A stretch of DNA of 64,000 nt from an uncultured virus (IMG/VR IMGVR_UViG_3300025133_000067). Its lineage: Duplodnaviria; Heunggongvirae; Uroviricota; Caudoviricetes. The stretch lies in the IMG/VR virus record IMGVR_UViG_3300025133_000067. One strand, given 5' to 3'. Both the position numbers and the translations under genes were made by a program. Positions 47,051-57,584 of this stretch are shown here, piece after piece (the first letter of the stretch is position 1; each line of letters starts with the position of its first letter). A model generated the notes under the pieces. That model made no database searches. It had not been told where the DNA came from and saw only the letters and a list, made by a program, of their open reading frames with translations.

Positions 47051-48646
47051 TTACATTGCCATTGGGTCAATTTCCGGTTCTTCAGCATCTTTAGCTGCCG
47101 CTCTAGCTCTATATGCTAAATTTCCTTCTTTATCGTCTGGAGAAAGTTTCAAGTATCTATCAACCAAGAACTCCATATCAAAGTAAGGCATTTCTTCCAT
47201 TGTTAATGGGTCAACTTTCATTAATGAATCTTGCATTGTTTGTACAAATTCTAAACGTCTTTCCATAATTTCCATTTGCTTTAATTCAGCAAACATGTTC
47301 TCTTCATTAAATTGTAATGCAATTTGTGTTTTGAATTGTGGGTCTGTTTCAAACTCAGGAAATTTCAAACACATTTGAATATACAAAGGTTTTACTAAAA
47401 TTTCTTGGAATGAAGACCTTAATCTTTTAATAAACTTAGAGAATTTAATTTCGTCTCTAATCATACCATCAGCTGCCATTGCGTAGTCTTCTCCTCCATC
47501 CTCATACATAAATCTACTATAAGGAATTTTAGAAACTTGTTTTAATTTATCAGAAAAATATTTTAATGCCTCTGTGTCAGATAATTCTGGACCTTCAGAA
47601 CTTAATGTTTCAATTTCAGGAGATTCACCATCTTTACTTGGCAACCAATATTCTTTATTAAATTGTAGCATTGGTTGTCCATTAGTTTCTAATGATGCTG
47701 ATTCCCAATCAAAATCTACAACTTCTTTATAATTACCCATTAATTGTGCAAGAGATTGTTTTGCTCTTGTTTTAGATTTACCTCCAACTGGAATAATAAA
47801 TTTCATTCTATAAGAAGAATTCGTTACAGCCCAAATTACTCTAGTATGTTCCATAATTCTTAATAAATTAAATGAACGTACTAATCTTTCTAAATAACTA
47901 ACTCTCGATGCTGTAGTTATAGAACTATATGCGATATAAATAATTTGTGAATCATATAAATTTCTTTCTTTTTGCGGGTCTCCTTTGAATTGAGTCCACA
48001 TCTTTTTACCATCATCCATATTTAATCCTGGAATTAGGGTTACTGGGTCAATTTCTTTGAAACCAATAATTTCTTTTTGGTCAGGACTATAAATAATCTC
48101 AAATGATAGATAACCATCAACCAACCATTTTCTAAAATAATACCAAACTGACTGATCTGCAGCAAATCCAAAATATTGATAGATTTCTCTAAAAGATTTT
48201 TGCATATATGAGTTAACTTCTTCGTTAACATCCATACCTATAAGTTCTGGAGAACCTATGAAATTTTTATTATCATATACTACAGATTCATCACAAAGAA
48301 TATCAAGGATGTCTTCTATTTCATCGTATGTTGAAAATTTTCTTAGTTCTTCTCTTTTACCTACATAATTCTGGTCAAAGAATGGAATATTCTTTCTCAA
48401 TGCAGTGTCTGCCATTGAAAATGCAGCAAAAGCATCATACATATTATCAGGATCTGCACCCATCATATTACCCATTCCTAGTGCTCCATATCCCATAGCA
48501 TCTTCCATGGGCCCAATTGCTTGGGACTGTCTAAGTACTAAATCATCATAATACATACCAAATGAAGATAGCTTTTTCAAGCTATTCGTTAGACTAAACG
48601 GTTCTTTACCGCTACCTCTATTGTCTCTATTTATGAATCCTGCCAT
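47051..48646 (-). CDS. Portal protein (gp20-like)
   Basis: FRKWLVDG, SYLE, LRIME, EYWLP, IETL, IRDEIKFSKFIKRLR. Confidence 0.93.
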   Translation of the reverse strand: MAGFINRDNRGSGKEPFSLTNSLKKLSSFGMYYDDLVLRQSQAIGPMEDAMGYGALGMGNMMGADPDNMYDAFAAFSMADTALRKNIPFFDQNYVGKREELRKFSTYDEIEDILDILCDESVVYDNKNFIGSPELIGMDVNEEVNSYMQKSFREIYQYFGFAADQSVWYYFRKWLVDGYLSFEIIYSPDQKEIIGFKEIDPVTLIPGLNMDDGKKMWTQFKGDPQKERNLYDSQIIYIAYSSITTASRVSYLERLVRSFNLLRIMEHTRVIWAVTNSSYRMKFIIPVGGKSKTRAKQSLAQLMGNYKEVVDFDWESASLETNGQPMLQFNKEYWLPSKDGESPEIETLSSEGPELSDTEALKYFSDKLKQVSKIPYSRFMYEDGGEDYAMAADGMIRDEIKFSKFIKRLRSSFQEILVKPLYIQMCLKFPEFETDPQFKTQIALQFNEENMFAELKQMEIMERRLEFVQTMQDSLMKVDPLTMEEMPYFDMEFLVDRYLKLSPDDKEGNLAYRARAAAKDAEEPEIDPMAM

Positions 48647-48680
48647 TTTATTTTATTTTTATATTTCTTTATTATATATC

Positions 48681-49268
48681 TTAATTCTTCATGTACTCGG
48701 AATGCATTCGCCGTACTGCTCTAGTCGAAGAACCATTTAACTTTATTAAATCTGTTAATGCTATCTTAGGCCACGCAGTATATGTAATAGCTGCTTGGAA
48801 TTGTTTTCTTTCAACTATGTATTGTCTTATAGCAAAACCAAAACCAAACCTATCTAACCATGCCTTTACTCCAGTATATTTTAATCTAATACCCCTATCA
48901 CGAGCTGCATCTGCTCCTTTTGCTCCAACCATTTGAGCTTTTCCCCACTCATATACCTCATCTAGTAAATCTTCTTTCATTTTAATTGGTAAAAGATTCA
49001 AATTAACTCCTAAATCATTTTTATTTAGAGAATCTAATGCTAAAACGACAGGATGCTCATCAAACCATGGTAGATTTTGCGTAATAGGGTCTTTATATTC
49101 AAATGCATAAATTTTACCTGGTAAAAATCTTTGTCTTACGTTTGCAACTTCATTTACTTTTCTATTATTTCTACCTTTATCATACCAATCGTCACACCAA
49201 TCTCTAGCCTTTTTCTTGCTACCATGTAGTTTAACCATTTTTCGTATTTCTGACTTAACGTAACCCAT
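48681..49268 (-). CDS. DNA end protector (gp2-like)
   Basis: PGKIYAFEY, LPWFD..P.V, G.NL.LLP, IRQY. Confidence 0.75.
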   Translation of the reverse strand: MGYVKSEIRKMVKLHGSKKKARDWCDDWYDKGRNNRKVNEVANVRQRFLPGKIYAFEYKDPITQNLPWFDEHPVVLALDSLNKNDLGVNLNLLPIKMKEDLLDEVYEWGKAQMVGAKGADAARDRGIRLKYTGVKAWLDRFGFGFAIRQYIVERKQFQAAITYTAWPKIALTDLIKLNGSSTRAVRRMHSEYMKN

Positions 49269-49743
49269 TTCCTATAGTATCTTCTGTCAAAACAATGAAA
49301 TTCCAATTTCTTCCTTGACAATATTCTTTTGCTGCTCTATATTTATCCATATTTTTTATATATGATTCGGCAAGAAACTTATAAGATTTTAATGCCTTTC
49401 TTGAATTTTTCTTTGGCATTACTGGTTTTTGAATTTGAGCTTTTGGTTTTATTTCAACTAAATATTCCTTAAAAGTTCCATCTAATTGTTCTGCCTTAAA
49501 GTAAAAGTCTGGATAATATCGGTGTGGTCTGTTGTCTTGTCTCGAAATATATTTAATTTCTATAGGTTCGCTTGCCCACATCACGACCTTCTCATGAGTA
49601 TCACACCAAATCATAAACTTATTTTCCCAAGAACTTCTAAAAATTATATCCCCATTTCCAGCATACTTGTTTGGATTCTGTGGTTTATAATATCCTTGTT
49701 TGAATGCAGAATTTCTACTTGGTTTAATGCTCTTAATAGACAT
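49255..49743 (-). CDS. Head completion nuclease (gp4/TnsA-like)
   Basis: P.NP.KY.G, RSSWE..FM.WCD, WASE, RYYPDF, VEIKP. Confidence 0.9.
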   Translation of the reverse strand: MSIKSIKPSRNSAFKQGYYKPQNPNKYAGNGDIIFRSSWENKFMIWCDTHEKVVMWASEPIEIKYISRQDNRPHRYYPDFYFKAEQLDGTFKEYLVEIKPKAQIQKPVMPKKNSRKALKSYKFLAESYIKNMDKYRAAKEYCQGRNWNFIVLTEDTIGNGLR

Positions 49744-49746
49744 ATA

Positions 49747-50130
49747 TTATATTGAATAAATACCTGTCTGGTGTTCGCTACTTCCGCTCCCACTATTAAT
49801 TGACAAGGTACCTTTATATTTTTTAGGATGTATTTTGTTCCAACCTTTTGCATATCCTCTTTTTGCAATTTCTGTAAAATACGCAAAAGCGTTTGGATAT
49901 TTTGGATTAAAATTTCTCCAGTATTTTAGTAAATCTAATAAAGCGAATTGTAAACAGTCATTTCTATCGTCTTCACTGACATATCTCATTCTATTTATTG
50001 CTCGTTCTGCCAAAAGTATTAACATCTTTTCGGCATCCTTTGTAAGTTTATTTTGGTCCTTTGAGATAACCATCTGGTCATAAAGGTCTCTGTTGTTAAG
50101 ATAGTTTTTTGATTTTCTTTTCTTAGCCAT
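49747..50130 (-). CDS. Late transcription sigma factor (gp55-like)
   Basis: NYLNNRDL, NFNP...NAFAYFTEIA. Confidence 0.82.
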   Translation of the reverse strand: MAKKRKSKNYLNNRDLYDQMVISKDQNKLTKDAEKMLILLAERAINRMRYVSEDDRNDCLQFALLDLLKYWRNFNPKYPNAFAYFTEIAKRGYAKGWNKIHPKKYKGTLSINSGSGSSEHQTGIYSI

Positions 50131-50148
50131 GTATTTGATTTGTTTAAT

Positions 50149-50175
50149 ATTATATAAACCGAGGAAGAAAAGTTT
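50149..50175 (-). promoter_or_regulatory. Class II promoter driving the gp55-like gene
   Basis: AAAC TTTTCTTCCTCGGTTTA TATAAT. Confidence 0.7.
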
Positions 50176-50368
50176 ATAGCTTATCTTTTATTTCGTTTCT
50201 GGAAATCTTTTCCTCCCAAAACTTAATCTCTGAAACTATCATTTTATCGGCTTTCCTTAATGCAGGTGACATTTTGAAGTTATGTGGTATTTCACCTCTT
50301 AAATCTTTAAGAAATATTAAATTATCATAACATTCCTTCTTATTTGCTCTATATTTATTATATTCCAT
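50174..50368 (-). CDS. Hypothetical protein
   Basis: Overlaps the end of the gp15-like gene. Confidence 0.45.
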   Translation of the reverse strand: MEYNKYRANKKECYDNLIFLKDLRGEIPHNFKMSPALRKADKMIVSEIKFWEEKISRNEIKDKL

Positions 50369-51179
50369 CTTTCTTAATACCTCCAGTTGGTTTAATAATT
50401 ACACCATGTTGCATACCATCTCCAAGTAATGAACTATCTGGGACATCGCCTAAGATAGATTGGACATTATTATCGTACATTCTTACAGAAGAATGCATTT
50501 CAGTTGGAGTTTCAAACGATGGTATATGTGTACTTACTTCTATTGAAAAATTAGCTTTATATTGTTCTTTATCATCGAATGTAAAATCAATAGGTCTCGC
50601 AACTTCAAAATCATCTGGTAAAGCATATTGAGCAGGAAGTCTATAAATTCCTTCATCTAAATGACCAACTTCAACATTGTAATAATTAGTTTTATATAGA
50701 GTTTTTGTAATTGATTCCGTAACCTTCAATGCATCTAATAATGAAGATACTAAAATTTCAATATCGAATGCCATTGTTATTGGAATCATTGAAAATTCTG
50801 CAGTATAATTTTGTAATACACCATTTGCATCCATCCTAGTATATTCTCCTCTTATTCCTTTATTTACCAATCTACCAGCATCTATTGATAAACTAGATAA
50901 ATTTGCTACACCTCTTGGTACTGCATCATAATTACCATCAGCATCTGCTGCAGTTGGGTCACATCCAGGACCTCCAGGTAAATCAAATAAGAAATGGTCT
51001 CTAAGAAATTGGTCATCACCAGTAATAGAGTAATAAAATGGAACATCCACACTAACCCTTTCAGTTTCACTTATTTGTCTTTTGAAATAAACTTTATTAT
51101 TCAGATCAGCTAATAATCCGATAATCATGTGTCTAATTACGCTATCATCTGAATTATATTTAAGATTGTATGTTGCCAT
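50358..51179 (-). CDS. Tail sheath stabilizer/terminator (gp15-like)
   Basis: IR..II......N, VPF.Y, VPR, P....F..EI pattern. Confidence 0.7.
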   Translation of the reverse strand: MATYNLKYNSDDSVIRHMIIGLLADLNNKVYFKRQISETERVSVDVPFYYSITGDDQFLRDHFLFDLPGGPGCDPTAADADGNYDAVPRGVANLSSLSIDAGRLVNKGIRGEYTRMDANGVLQNYTAEFSMIPITMAFDIEILVSSLLDALKVTESITKTLYKTNYYNVEVGHLDEGIYRLPAQYALPDDFEVARPIDFTFDDKEQYKANFSIEVSTHIPSFETPTEMHSSVRMYDNNVQSILGDVPDSSLLGDGMQHGVIIKPTGGIKKDGI

Positions 51180-51183
51180 TGAG

Positions 51184-52854
51184 CTATTCTATTATTTCGA
51201 TGTCGAGTTTTGAAAATCCGTTCTCTTTATATATTTGGATTTTTTTATCAAATAATTCCCTTGGAAGCTCAGTATGATTTATCACAAAAGTATTTATTTG
51301 ATTCTCTCTAATAACAGTACCGAGTATCTTTACGATATTATGAATACCATCAGCATCGATAGAACTTAATAGCTCATCTAAAAATAAAAGGTTTAATTGT
51401 GGGAATCTTAATTTTAATAATTTTATAAGTGCTATAATAACTACAAAATCTGCTTTCTTGCGCTCTCCTGTTGAAAGAGTCATTGGATTTATTTCTTCAC
51501 CTAAATGATTTACAACGCAATTAAATTTTTCATCAAATCTTACTTGAAAATGTAAATGCATTGTAGTTAACATTGCGGCAATATTAGTATTTAATACTGG
51601 TAGTATAGATTTAACTGCCATATTTTTTATACCATCTTCTCCTAAAATATCTTCAACAATATCTAAAAATGAAAAGTCTGCATTAAGTTCATCTCTTTCA
51701 TTTGATTTAACAGAAGATTTTTCTTCAAATTCTTTAATAATCTGATTTAAGTGTTTGAAGTTTTTAGCAGTATCAGTATTCTTAATAGATAATATTTCTT
51801 TCTTAAATCCTTCAATTTGAGAGTTTATAGAGGATACTTTAATATTGACCATACCATTCTTTTCTCGAAGTTCAGCAATTTGTTCTTTTATCTCTGATAC
51901 CTTTAATTGAGCTGCTTCTATTTCAATTGGTATTTTATTAACTTCATTTTCAAATCCGTCCTTTCTATCTTTATGGAAGTCTGTCGTTAATTTACTCTCG
52001 CAAGTTGGACATAAATTACTCTCATATAATTTAATTTGTTTCTTAAGATTCTTTAACTTAAATGAAAGTTTATTAAGTTCTTTTTGGTCTTCTGTTAATT
52101 GATTTGAAGATTTTGTAATTTTACCAGTTATTGTTGTACTAGCCTTACTTAGTTTTGTTCTTTGTTCTCCTAAATCAATTAAAGTATTTTTTAATTCTAA
52201 AATCTTTTCTTTATTCTTTTCCTTAGACTCATCAGTTAATTCATTTAATTTAGAGTTAACTGACATTACATTCTCGTTTATTTGATTTAGTTCAGCATCG
52301 TATGCATCTATATCAGATTTAATAATTTTTCTTTCTTCTTTTAATGCATTTTGCATATCATTTAATATAGAAAAACCAAACATTCTATCTATAATTCTTT
52401 TCTTGTCATATGTTGACATTGTTAAAAAAGACTTAAAATCATTTACAGATAAAATAATAATATTTTTGAAAACATGATATGGAATTCCATATATCTCTTC
52501 TTCTAAATATTCTTGAACTGATTTTTTACCAGCTTTATCAAATTCTACTCCATTTAATTTTACTTCAAATCTACCAGGAGAAAGACCTCTTTTAATTTCA
52601 ACAGTTGTTCCTTTACATAAAAGTTTAATTTTTACTAAAAGTTCTTTATTTATTCTATTTGGAAGGTCTCCAAGTTTTACACTTTCTACCTTACCATATA
52701 GAGCAAATACAATGGCGTTTGCTATTGTAGTTTTACCATGACCATTCTTACCTAATGTCAATATAAGTTCAGCAGCATCTCCATTTAATTCTACTCGCTG
52801 TATAGTATTACCATAACTTGCAAAATTCTTAAATTCAATATATTCTATCTTCAT
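51184..52854 (-). CDS. Recombination endonuclease ATPase (gp46/SbcC/Rad50-like)
   Basis: KNFASYGN, GKNGHGKTT, CPTC hook, LSTGE, LDE. Confidence 0.95.
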   Translation of the reverse strand: MKIEYIEFKNFASYGNTIQRVELNGDAAELILTLGKNGHGKTTIANAIVFALYGKVESVKLGDLPNRINKELLVKIKLLCKGTTVEIKRGLSPGRFEVKLNGVEFDKAGKKSVQEYLEEEIYGIPYHVFKNIIILSVNDFKSFLTMSTYDKKRIIDRMFGFSILNDMQNALKEERKIIKSDIDAYDAELNQINENVMSVNSKLNELTDESKEKNKEKILELKNTLIDLGEQRTKLSKASTTITGKITKSSNQLTEDQKELNKLSFKLKNLKKQIKLYESNLCPTCESKLTTDFHKDRKDGFENEVNKIPIEIEAAQLKVSEIKEQIAELREKNGMVNIKVSSINSQIEGFKKEILSIKNTDTAKNFKHLNQIIKEFEEKSSVKSNERDELNADFSFLDIVEDILGEDGIKNMAVKSILPVLNTNIAAMLTTMHLHFQVRFDEKFNCVVNHLGEEINPMTLSTGERKKADFVVIIALIKLLKLRFPQLNLLFLDELLSSIDADGIHNIVKILGTVIRENQINTFVINHTELPRELFDKKIQIYKENGFSKLDIEIIE

Positions 52855-53970
52855 CTATTCAGTTTCTGGATTAAAATTATAAGCACATAAACTATGCAGC
52901 ATACTTAATTTTGATTCTATCTTTTCTTTAGTCTTTTCGTCATGTGTACTATTCTCTAAATAAACTTTAATTAGATTTTTTACATCATAATTTTTATATA
53001 AATCATCTTCATTAATGTCTGACATTTCAATATCTATTAATGAATCTTGTTCGTATATTGTTGGCTCTATTCTTCGTCCAATTCCTTGAACTTTATTTAT
53101 TAGTTTAGAAAGTGCAGTGGTTGTAGCAATATGAGCAGGAACATAAAGGTCTACAAAATTATCTTTTATAGCCTCTTTGAATTCCCCTAAAGTCATATCA
53201 TAAATATTTGATAGGAAGAATTTAACAAATTTTGGAGATACTTTATTTTCAATGAAAGTTTCTTCCATTGTCGTTAAATCAACCAAGTTAAATCCTTTAG
53301 TATTATTTATATCGCTTCGTGTTAATTCATATGGAGTACCTACTAATCTAAGAACTCCTTTAGTTTGTCTATAATGTATGTGTCCACTGTAGACTGCTTC
53401 GAAGTTCCTGTATGCATTGATACTAGTACCATGTATATTTTTAACTTTGGAATTTAGAGAAACACCAGTCACTTCTGAGTGACAAAACACAATACTTGCA
53501 CTAGGATATTCTGCTAGAGTTTCAGCCTCATGTTCAGGTCCAGTTCTCCAAGGCATTAATAGAACATCCTTTCCACCCCAATTAAACAAAGAAGGTTCTT
53601 TATAAATTGAAACATTTGGAATCCATTTTAATGAATCAATAGAAGTAATCTCATTAGTTTTCTTTGCCCATATATCATGGTTCCCAGCAATAACATGGGT
53701 TGGTAGAATCTTTCCTAATCTTTCAAACAAATCAATAGCATAATGAAGTACCTTTAAATTGATACTTTGTCTATTATCAAACGCATCCCCAACTTGAACT
53801 AATATATCTCCTTCCTTAACATTTGCTTTAAGGTGAGGGATAAATTGATTTTCATAAAAGTCTTTGTGGATTTGGAGCCATTCCATAGAATTAGAACGTA
53901 CGCCAAGATGCATATCTCCTAAAATCCAAATTCGCTTAACCTCCTTATTAAGTGTTTTTGAATCTATCAT
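52855..53970 (-). CDS. Recombination nuclease (gp47/SbcD/Mre11-like)
   Basis: GDMHLG, GDAFDNR, GNHD, HSE and SGHIH. Confidence 0.93.
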   Translation of the reverse strand: MIDSKTLNKEVKRIWILGDMHLGVRSNSMEWLQIHKDFYENQFIPHLKANVKEGDILVQVGDAFDNRQSINLKVLHYAIDLFERLGKILPTHVIAGNHDIWAKKTNEITSIDSLKWIPNVSIYKEPSLFNWGGKDVLLMPWRTGPEHEAETLAEYPSASIVFCHSEVTGVSLNSKVKNIHGTSINAYRNFEAVYSGHIHYRQTKGVLRLVGTPYELTRSDINNTKGFNLVDLTTMEETFIENKVSPKFVKFFLSNIYDMTLGEFKEAIKDNFVDLYVPAHIATTTALSKLINKVQGIGRRIEPTIYEQDSLIDIEMSDINEDDLYKNYDVKNLIKVYLENSTHDEKTKEKIESKLSMLHSLCAYNFNPETE

Positions 53971-53971
53971 A

Positions 53972-54421
53972 TTAGAATAATCTATTTATATTTCTTTTTC
54001 CAAGAATTCCTGATTTTTTATCAAGCTCTGTTATTAAGTCTTCTTTGAATTTATTTCCAAGTGATGAATAGAACTTAGAAGGATTTACATTAAAATAATC
54101 ACAAAGTACTGAAAAAACTGTAATCATAGAATGCTCTCTACATAACTTACTATTCATAAAATCATAAATATCATTTATGTCTATCTTTTTTAATTTTTTA
54201 GATTGGTTAAATTCATCAAGCTCATTAAATTTCTTAAACTTTGAGTTAGATACTAAATCATGAACTTTATCCATTATAATATCTTCAACTATCTTATCTT
54301 CCTCATCTCTATCATCAGTATATGCCGGAGCGACCTCAAAAGAAAGATTTGGGTCAAATTCATATTCATGCTCATCAAATTTATTGTCAAATATTTTATC
54401 TCTTCTTGTTCTTCCTGCCAT
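53972..54421 (-). CDS. Hypothetical protein (weak gp33-like late coactivator resemblance)
   Basis: C-terminal VLCDYFNV......L....KE.L..E helical pattern. Confidence 0.4.
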   Translation of the reverse strand: MAGRTRRDKIFDNKFDEHEYEFDPNLSFEVAPAYTDDRDEEDKIVEDIIMDKVHDLVSNSKFKKFNELDEFNQSKKLKKIDINDIYDFMNSKLCREHSMITVFSVLCDYFNVNPSKFYSSLGNKFKEDLITELDKKSGILGKRNINRLF

Positions 54422-54431
54422 AATTATTATT

Positions 54432-55745
54432 TTATAGTTCGTGTATATTTGATGTTGCTATCTCATCAGTTTCTGTCAATTTCATAAATGAGTAATTTAT
54501 TTCTAACTTACATTTATTACCCTTTCCTTCTCCATCTCTTATTTTAAGTATCTTTAACCAATACTCGTAATTTGCTCTCATTATATCATCTTGTATAATT
54601 CCTAACATTACATCAGCAGTATGAGAAAGTCCTGCAGATTCAGCAACATCTCCCATTCCAATATCGCTTGAATTGTAGTTGTTTCTATTTATTTGAGTTG
54701 CCGTTACTATTAGCCAACTATTTCTAACACCCATTGCTCTTAAATCTTCTGCAATTTGTTTAATTTTCATGTAGGTATTTTCTGTATTGAGGTTTCTATA
54801 ATTAGCTAAGATATTTATATAATCAATTACAACTACACCGAGTTTTATTTTTCTTTCTTCTTCAATTTGTTTCAAATATATTTCAATATCTGGTACAGTT
54901 GCTTGGGACGTTGGAAACTGTTTCACGAACAATTGTCCTGGTGGTGTGAAACCGTCTCCAACTGTCTCCAACTTTCTTTTAATTAAATTTTTATTCTGTG
55001 ATTTATCATCATAATCGCTAATTGGAATATTTAATAAATTTGCTCCAATACGTTTCATAAATTTATGTGCAGACATCTCAGCAGTTATAACAGCTGTATT
55101 TGTTCCCATCTTTACAAAATTAGCTGCATCATTTGCTAAATAAATAGACTTACCAATATTCTGCTCTCCAACATAAACTACTAATGTACCATCTTTGTCA
55201 TATCCTCCGCTAAGTGCTCTATCTAAAAAGTTATATCCTGTTGAAATCTTTATAGCGTCTTCTTGGTAATGGTCTCCTGCATTAAAAAAATCTAATCCAA
55301 TATCTGAATTAAACGAAATAGAATTTCTATCGTTTATTAAAGACTTTACTTTATTTATTATACTGTCTGTATTTTCTGGCGTAACTTCAGTAGTTTTAAT
55401 ATATTCTATCGTATCTATTAATGTTGTATCAAAGTTTCTCCATTTAATCCAACTTTCGGTAGTTGTGTTTAACCATTCTTCGTCATATTGAGAAAGGTCT
55501 GTATCATATATAATATCTACAATATCGTCATCAATCTTCTGTCCAATTTTACTATTAGAAAGTAAAAGCTTCATTTGCTCTACTTTAGGAGCTTCATGAA
55601 ACTTATCATTAAATTTAACAGCAAGTTGGTGCATCACATCAATATCATCAGAAGTATAAAAACCTCTTTTAATAGTTCCCAAATATTTTGGTTTATCTAA
55701 TGATAGCTTAAAGAATACCTTTTCAAAGTCTTTTCCGAATTGCAT
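54432..55745 (-). CDS. Replicative helicase (gp41/DnaB-like)
   Basis: GEQNIGKS, TAEM, IDYINI, TATQINR, ESAGL..TAD, KIRDG. Confidence 0.93.
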   Translation of the reverse strand: MQFGKDFEKVFFKLSLDKPKYLGTIKRGFYTSDDIDVMHQLAVKFNDKFHEAPKVEQMKLLLSNSKIGQKIDDDIVDIIYDTDLSQYDEEWLNTTTESWIKWRNFDTTLIDTIEYIKTTEVTPENTDSIINKVKSLINDRNSISFNSDIGLDFFNAGDHYQEDAIKISTGYNFLDRALSGGYDKDGTLVVYVGEQNIGKSIYLANDAANFVKMGTNTAVITAEMSAHKFMKRIGANLLNIPISDYDDKSQNKNLIKRKLETVGDGFTPPGQLFVKQFPTSQATVPDIEIYLKQIEEERKIKLGVVVIDYINILANYRNLNTENTYMKIKQIAEDLRAMGVRNSWLIVTATQINRNNYNSSDIGMGDVAESAGLSHTADVMLGIIQDDIMRANYEYWLKILKIRDGEGKGNKCKLEINYSFMKLTETDEIATSNIHEL

Positions 55746-55753
55746 ATATTATT

Positions 55754-56068
55754 TTATATAAATGGGTTTATTAGTATTCTATAGGATTCTTTGCCTATTG
55801 TTTCATTTACTTGTTTGAAATATCCTTTATCAATACCTTCAGAAATTCCTAAATCAATTTGAGTATTTCTACCCTTTGCTTGATAGTCTGTTAAAGCATT
55901 TCTAGTGAACGTTTCTTTTTGACGGTCTGGCTGACGAACTGCTCTTGTTATAAAGATGTATAAAATATCAAGCGCGTTTGGAAAGTCTTCTGATTGCTCC
56001 TGTATTCCTAGTATATATCTTAGCGGTAGTTTATTTTTGTCAATCTTATAAATATCAAGATTACTCAT
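55754..56068 (-). CDS. Hypothetical protein
   Basis: Between UvsX and helicase; overlapping start/stop. Confidence 0.55.
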   Translation of the reverse strand: MSNLDIYKIDKNKLPLRYILGIQEQSEDFPNALDILYIFITRAVRQPDRQKETFTRNALTDYQAKGRNTQIDLGISEGIDKGYFKQVNETIGKESYRILINPFI

Positions 56069-57167
56069 CGCTTAAAATATCTTCAAGTACTTCGTCTGTT
56101 GCCTCTACGTTATAATTGAATAAAGGATATATGTGTTTGTTTATTTTATTAAGTACTGTTTTTGTAAAAACTTTATCAGAAAAGAAGTCTTTATTTTTAA
56201 CAGTATGGTCTAAGTGTTTACAAATCCATGTTCTTGCTGTATCTTTTGGTGTCTTAACTCCTTTATCAATAATTCCTCTTGAAACGCCGCATAGTTCCCA
56301 TGAAACATATTGTTCTAAACCAACATATTTATTCATACCTTCAGTAAAGTGTAAATGGAATTTAATTGGATGAGGTTTTGCAAATCTATTTTTATCTGGT
56401 TTTGCCGTTACTATAATTCCAACTTTATCTCCACCATCTTTTAATTGAGCTCTATGTAGCATTAATACTACAGAAGCCGCATACGCAGGTCCAGTACCTC
56501 CACCAGCAATATTCATTGGAATAAAACTTTGGGATTGGTATGTGTGATTTGTAAATATAAATGGTATTTTTAGGTCTGCTAATGGAGTCATTATAATTCT
56601 AAAGATTGACTTCAAAATCTTTGCTCTTGTCATATCTGTTTTACCAGATCCTGATGCAGCATCTTCAATTTCTTTAGCGGTTGCTAAGTTTCCAGCTGAA
56701 TCTAATATAATCATTAGCTTAGGAACTTCTCCACCAGCTCTCTTAACATCTTGTAGTTTATGAGTTATTGTCGTAACTGAAGTTCTAAAATCTTGAACAG
56801 TGTTCATTGGTTGATAATTTACTTTAGAAGTATCAATTCCAAATTTTTGCATTTGGTCTTTATCTACTGCAGCTTCTGAATCATAGAAAATTATACTATA
56901 TCCCATGTCAATTGCTTCTCTCATAGAGTTTAATACTAAGAATGTTTTACCAGTTCCAGATGGTCCAGCTACAGAACAGCTTCTATTATTTGGCCATCCC
57001 TTAAATAAATCTCCAGAAACACAAGCATTCAAATGATAATTACCAGTGTTTATCCATTCCGTTACTTCTGAGAAATTCGATTGGTCCATTACAGAACCCA
57101 TTGGATTCATTGCTGCCAATTCTTTGTTCAAATCGTTAAATGTAAATTCTTTATTCTTTTTTGCCAT
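56061..57167 (-). CDS. uvsX: RecA-like recombinase UvsX
   Basis: GPSGTGKT, YDSE, LDSAGNL, DMTRAK, NHTY, GGG.G..Y. Confidence 0.92.
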   Translation of the reverse strand: MAKKNKEFTFNDLNKELAAMNPMGSVMDQSNFSEVTEWINTGNYHLNACVSGDLFKGWPNNRSCSVAGPSGTGKTFLVLNSMREAIDMGYSIIFYDSEAAVDKDQMQKFGIDTSKVNYQPMNTVQDFRTSVTTITHKLQDVKRAGGEVPKLMIILDSAGNLATAKEIEDAASGSGKTDMTRAKILKSIFRIIMTPLADLKIPFIFTNHTYQSQSFIPMNIAGGGTGPAYAASVVLMLHRAQLKDGGDKVGIIVTAKPDKNRFAKPHPIKFHLHFTEGMNKYVGLEQYVSWELCGVSRGIIDKGVKTPKDTARTWICKHLDHTVKNKDFFSDKVFTKTVLNKINKHIYPLFNYNVEATDEVLEDILSDE

Positions 57168-57342
57168 TGTTAAATATTTTATTTTCTGAATCTCTTATTG
57201 ATTCTAATTCTTCAATAGTTTCCTTAATTCTATCTTGAATTACCTTCATTTCATTTTGAAGGTCTGTTAATTTTTGGTGTACTTTCGAATATTTTAGAAC
57301 ATAATCCTTTTGCTCACTTGTTAAATCATCAAATTCTAACAT
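57151..57342 (-). CDS. Small coiled-coil protein
   Basis: Coupled ORF. Confidence 0.5.
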   Translation of the reverse strand: MLEFDDLTSEQKDYVLKYSKVHQKLTDLQNEMKVIQDRIKETIEELESIRDSENKIFNNGKKE

Positions 57343-57539
57343 TATTCTTTCTCTTGTTTTATTTCTGTTATCATTTGGTCTAAGGTATATTGCCTTGGGT
57401 TTGGATTAGCATCATATGCCTGCATAGCTTCTAACGCTAATTCTTCTTGCATAATTCTTCTAACCGTTGCTCCTAAAATTGAGTCATCTTCTGTTGTTTT
57501 AGTAGCTTCTTTAATTCTGTTGTAAAATAGTTCAGTCAT
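57342..57539 (-). CDS. Hypothetical protein
   Basis: Class II promoter at 57556-57582 upstream. Confidence 0.5.
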   Translation of the reverse strand: MTELFYNRIKEATKTTEDDSILGATVRRIMQEELALEAMQAYDANPNPRQYTLDQMITEIKQEKE

Positions 57540-57584
57540 GGTATCTTTATTTGATATTATATAAGTAAATGTGCTATTGTTTAA

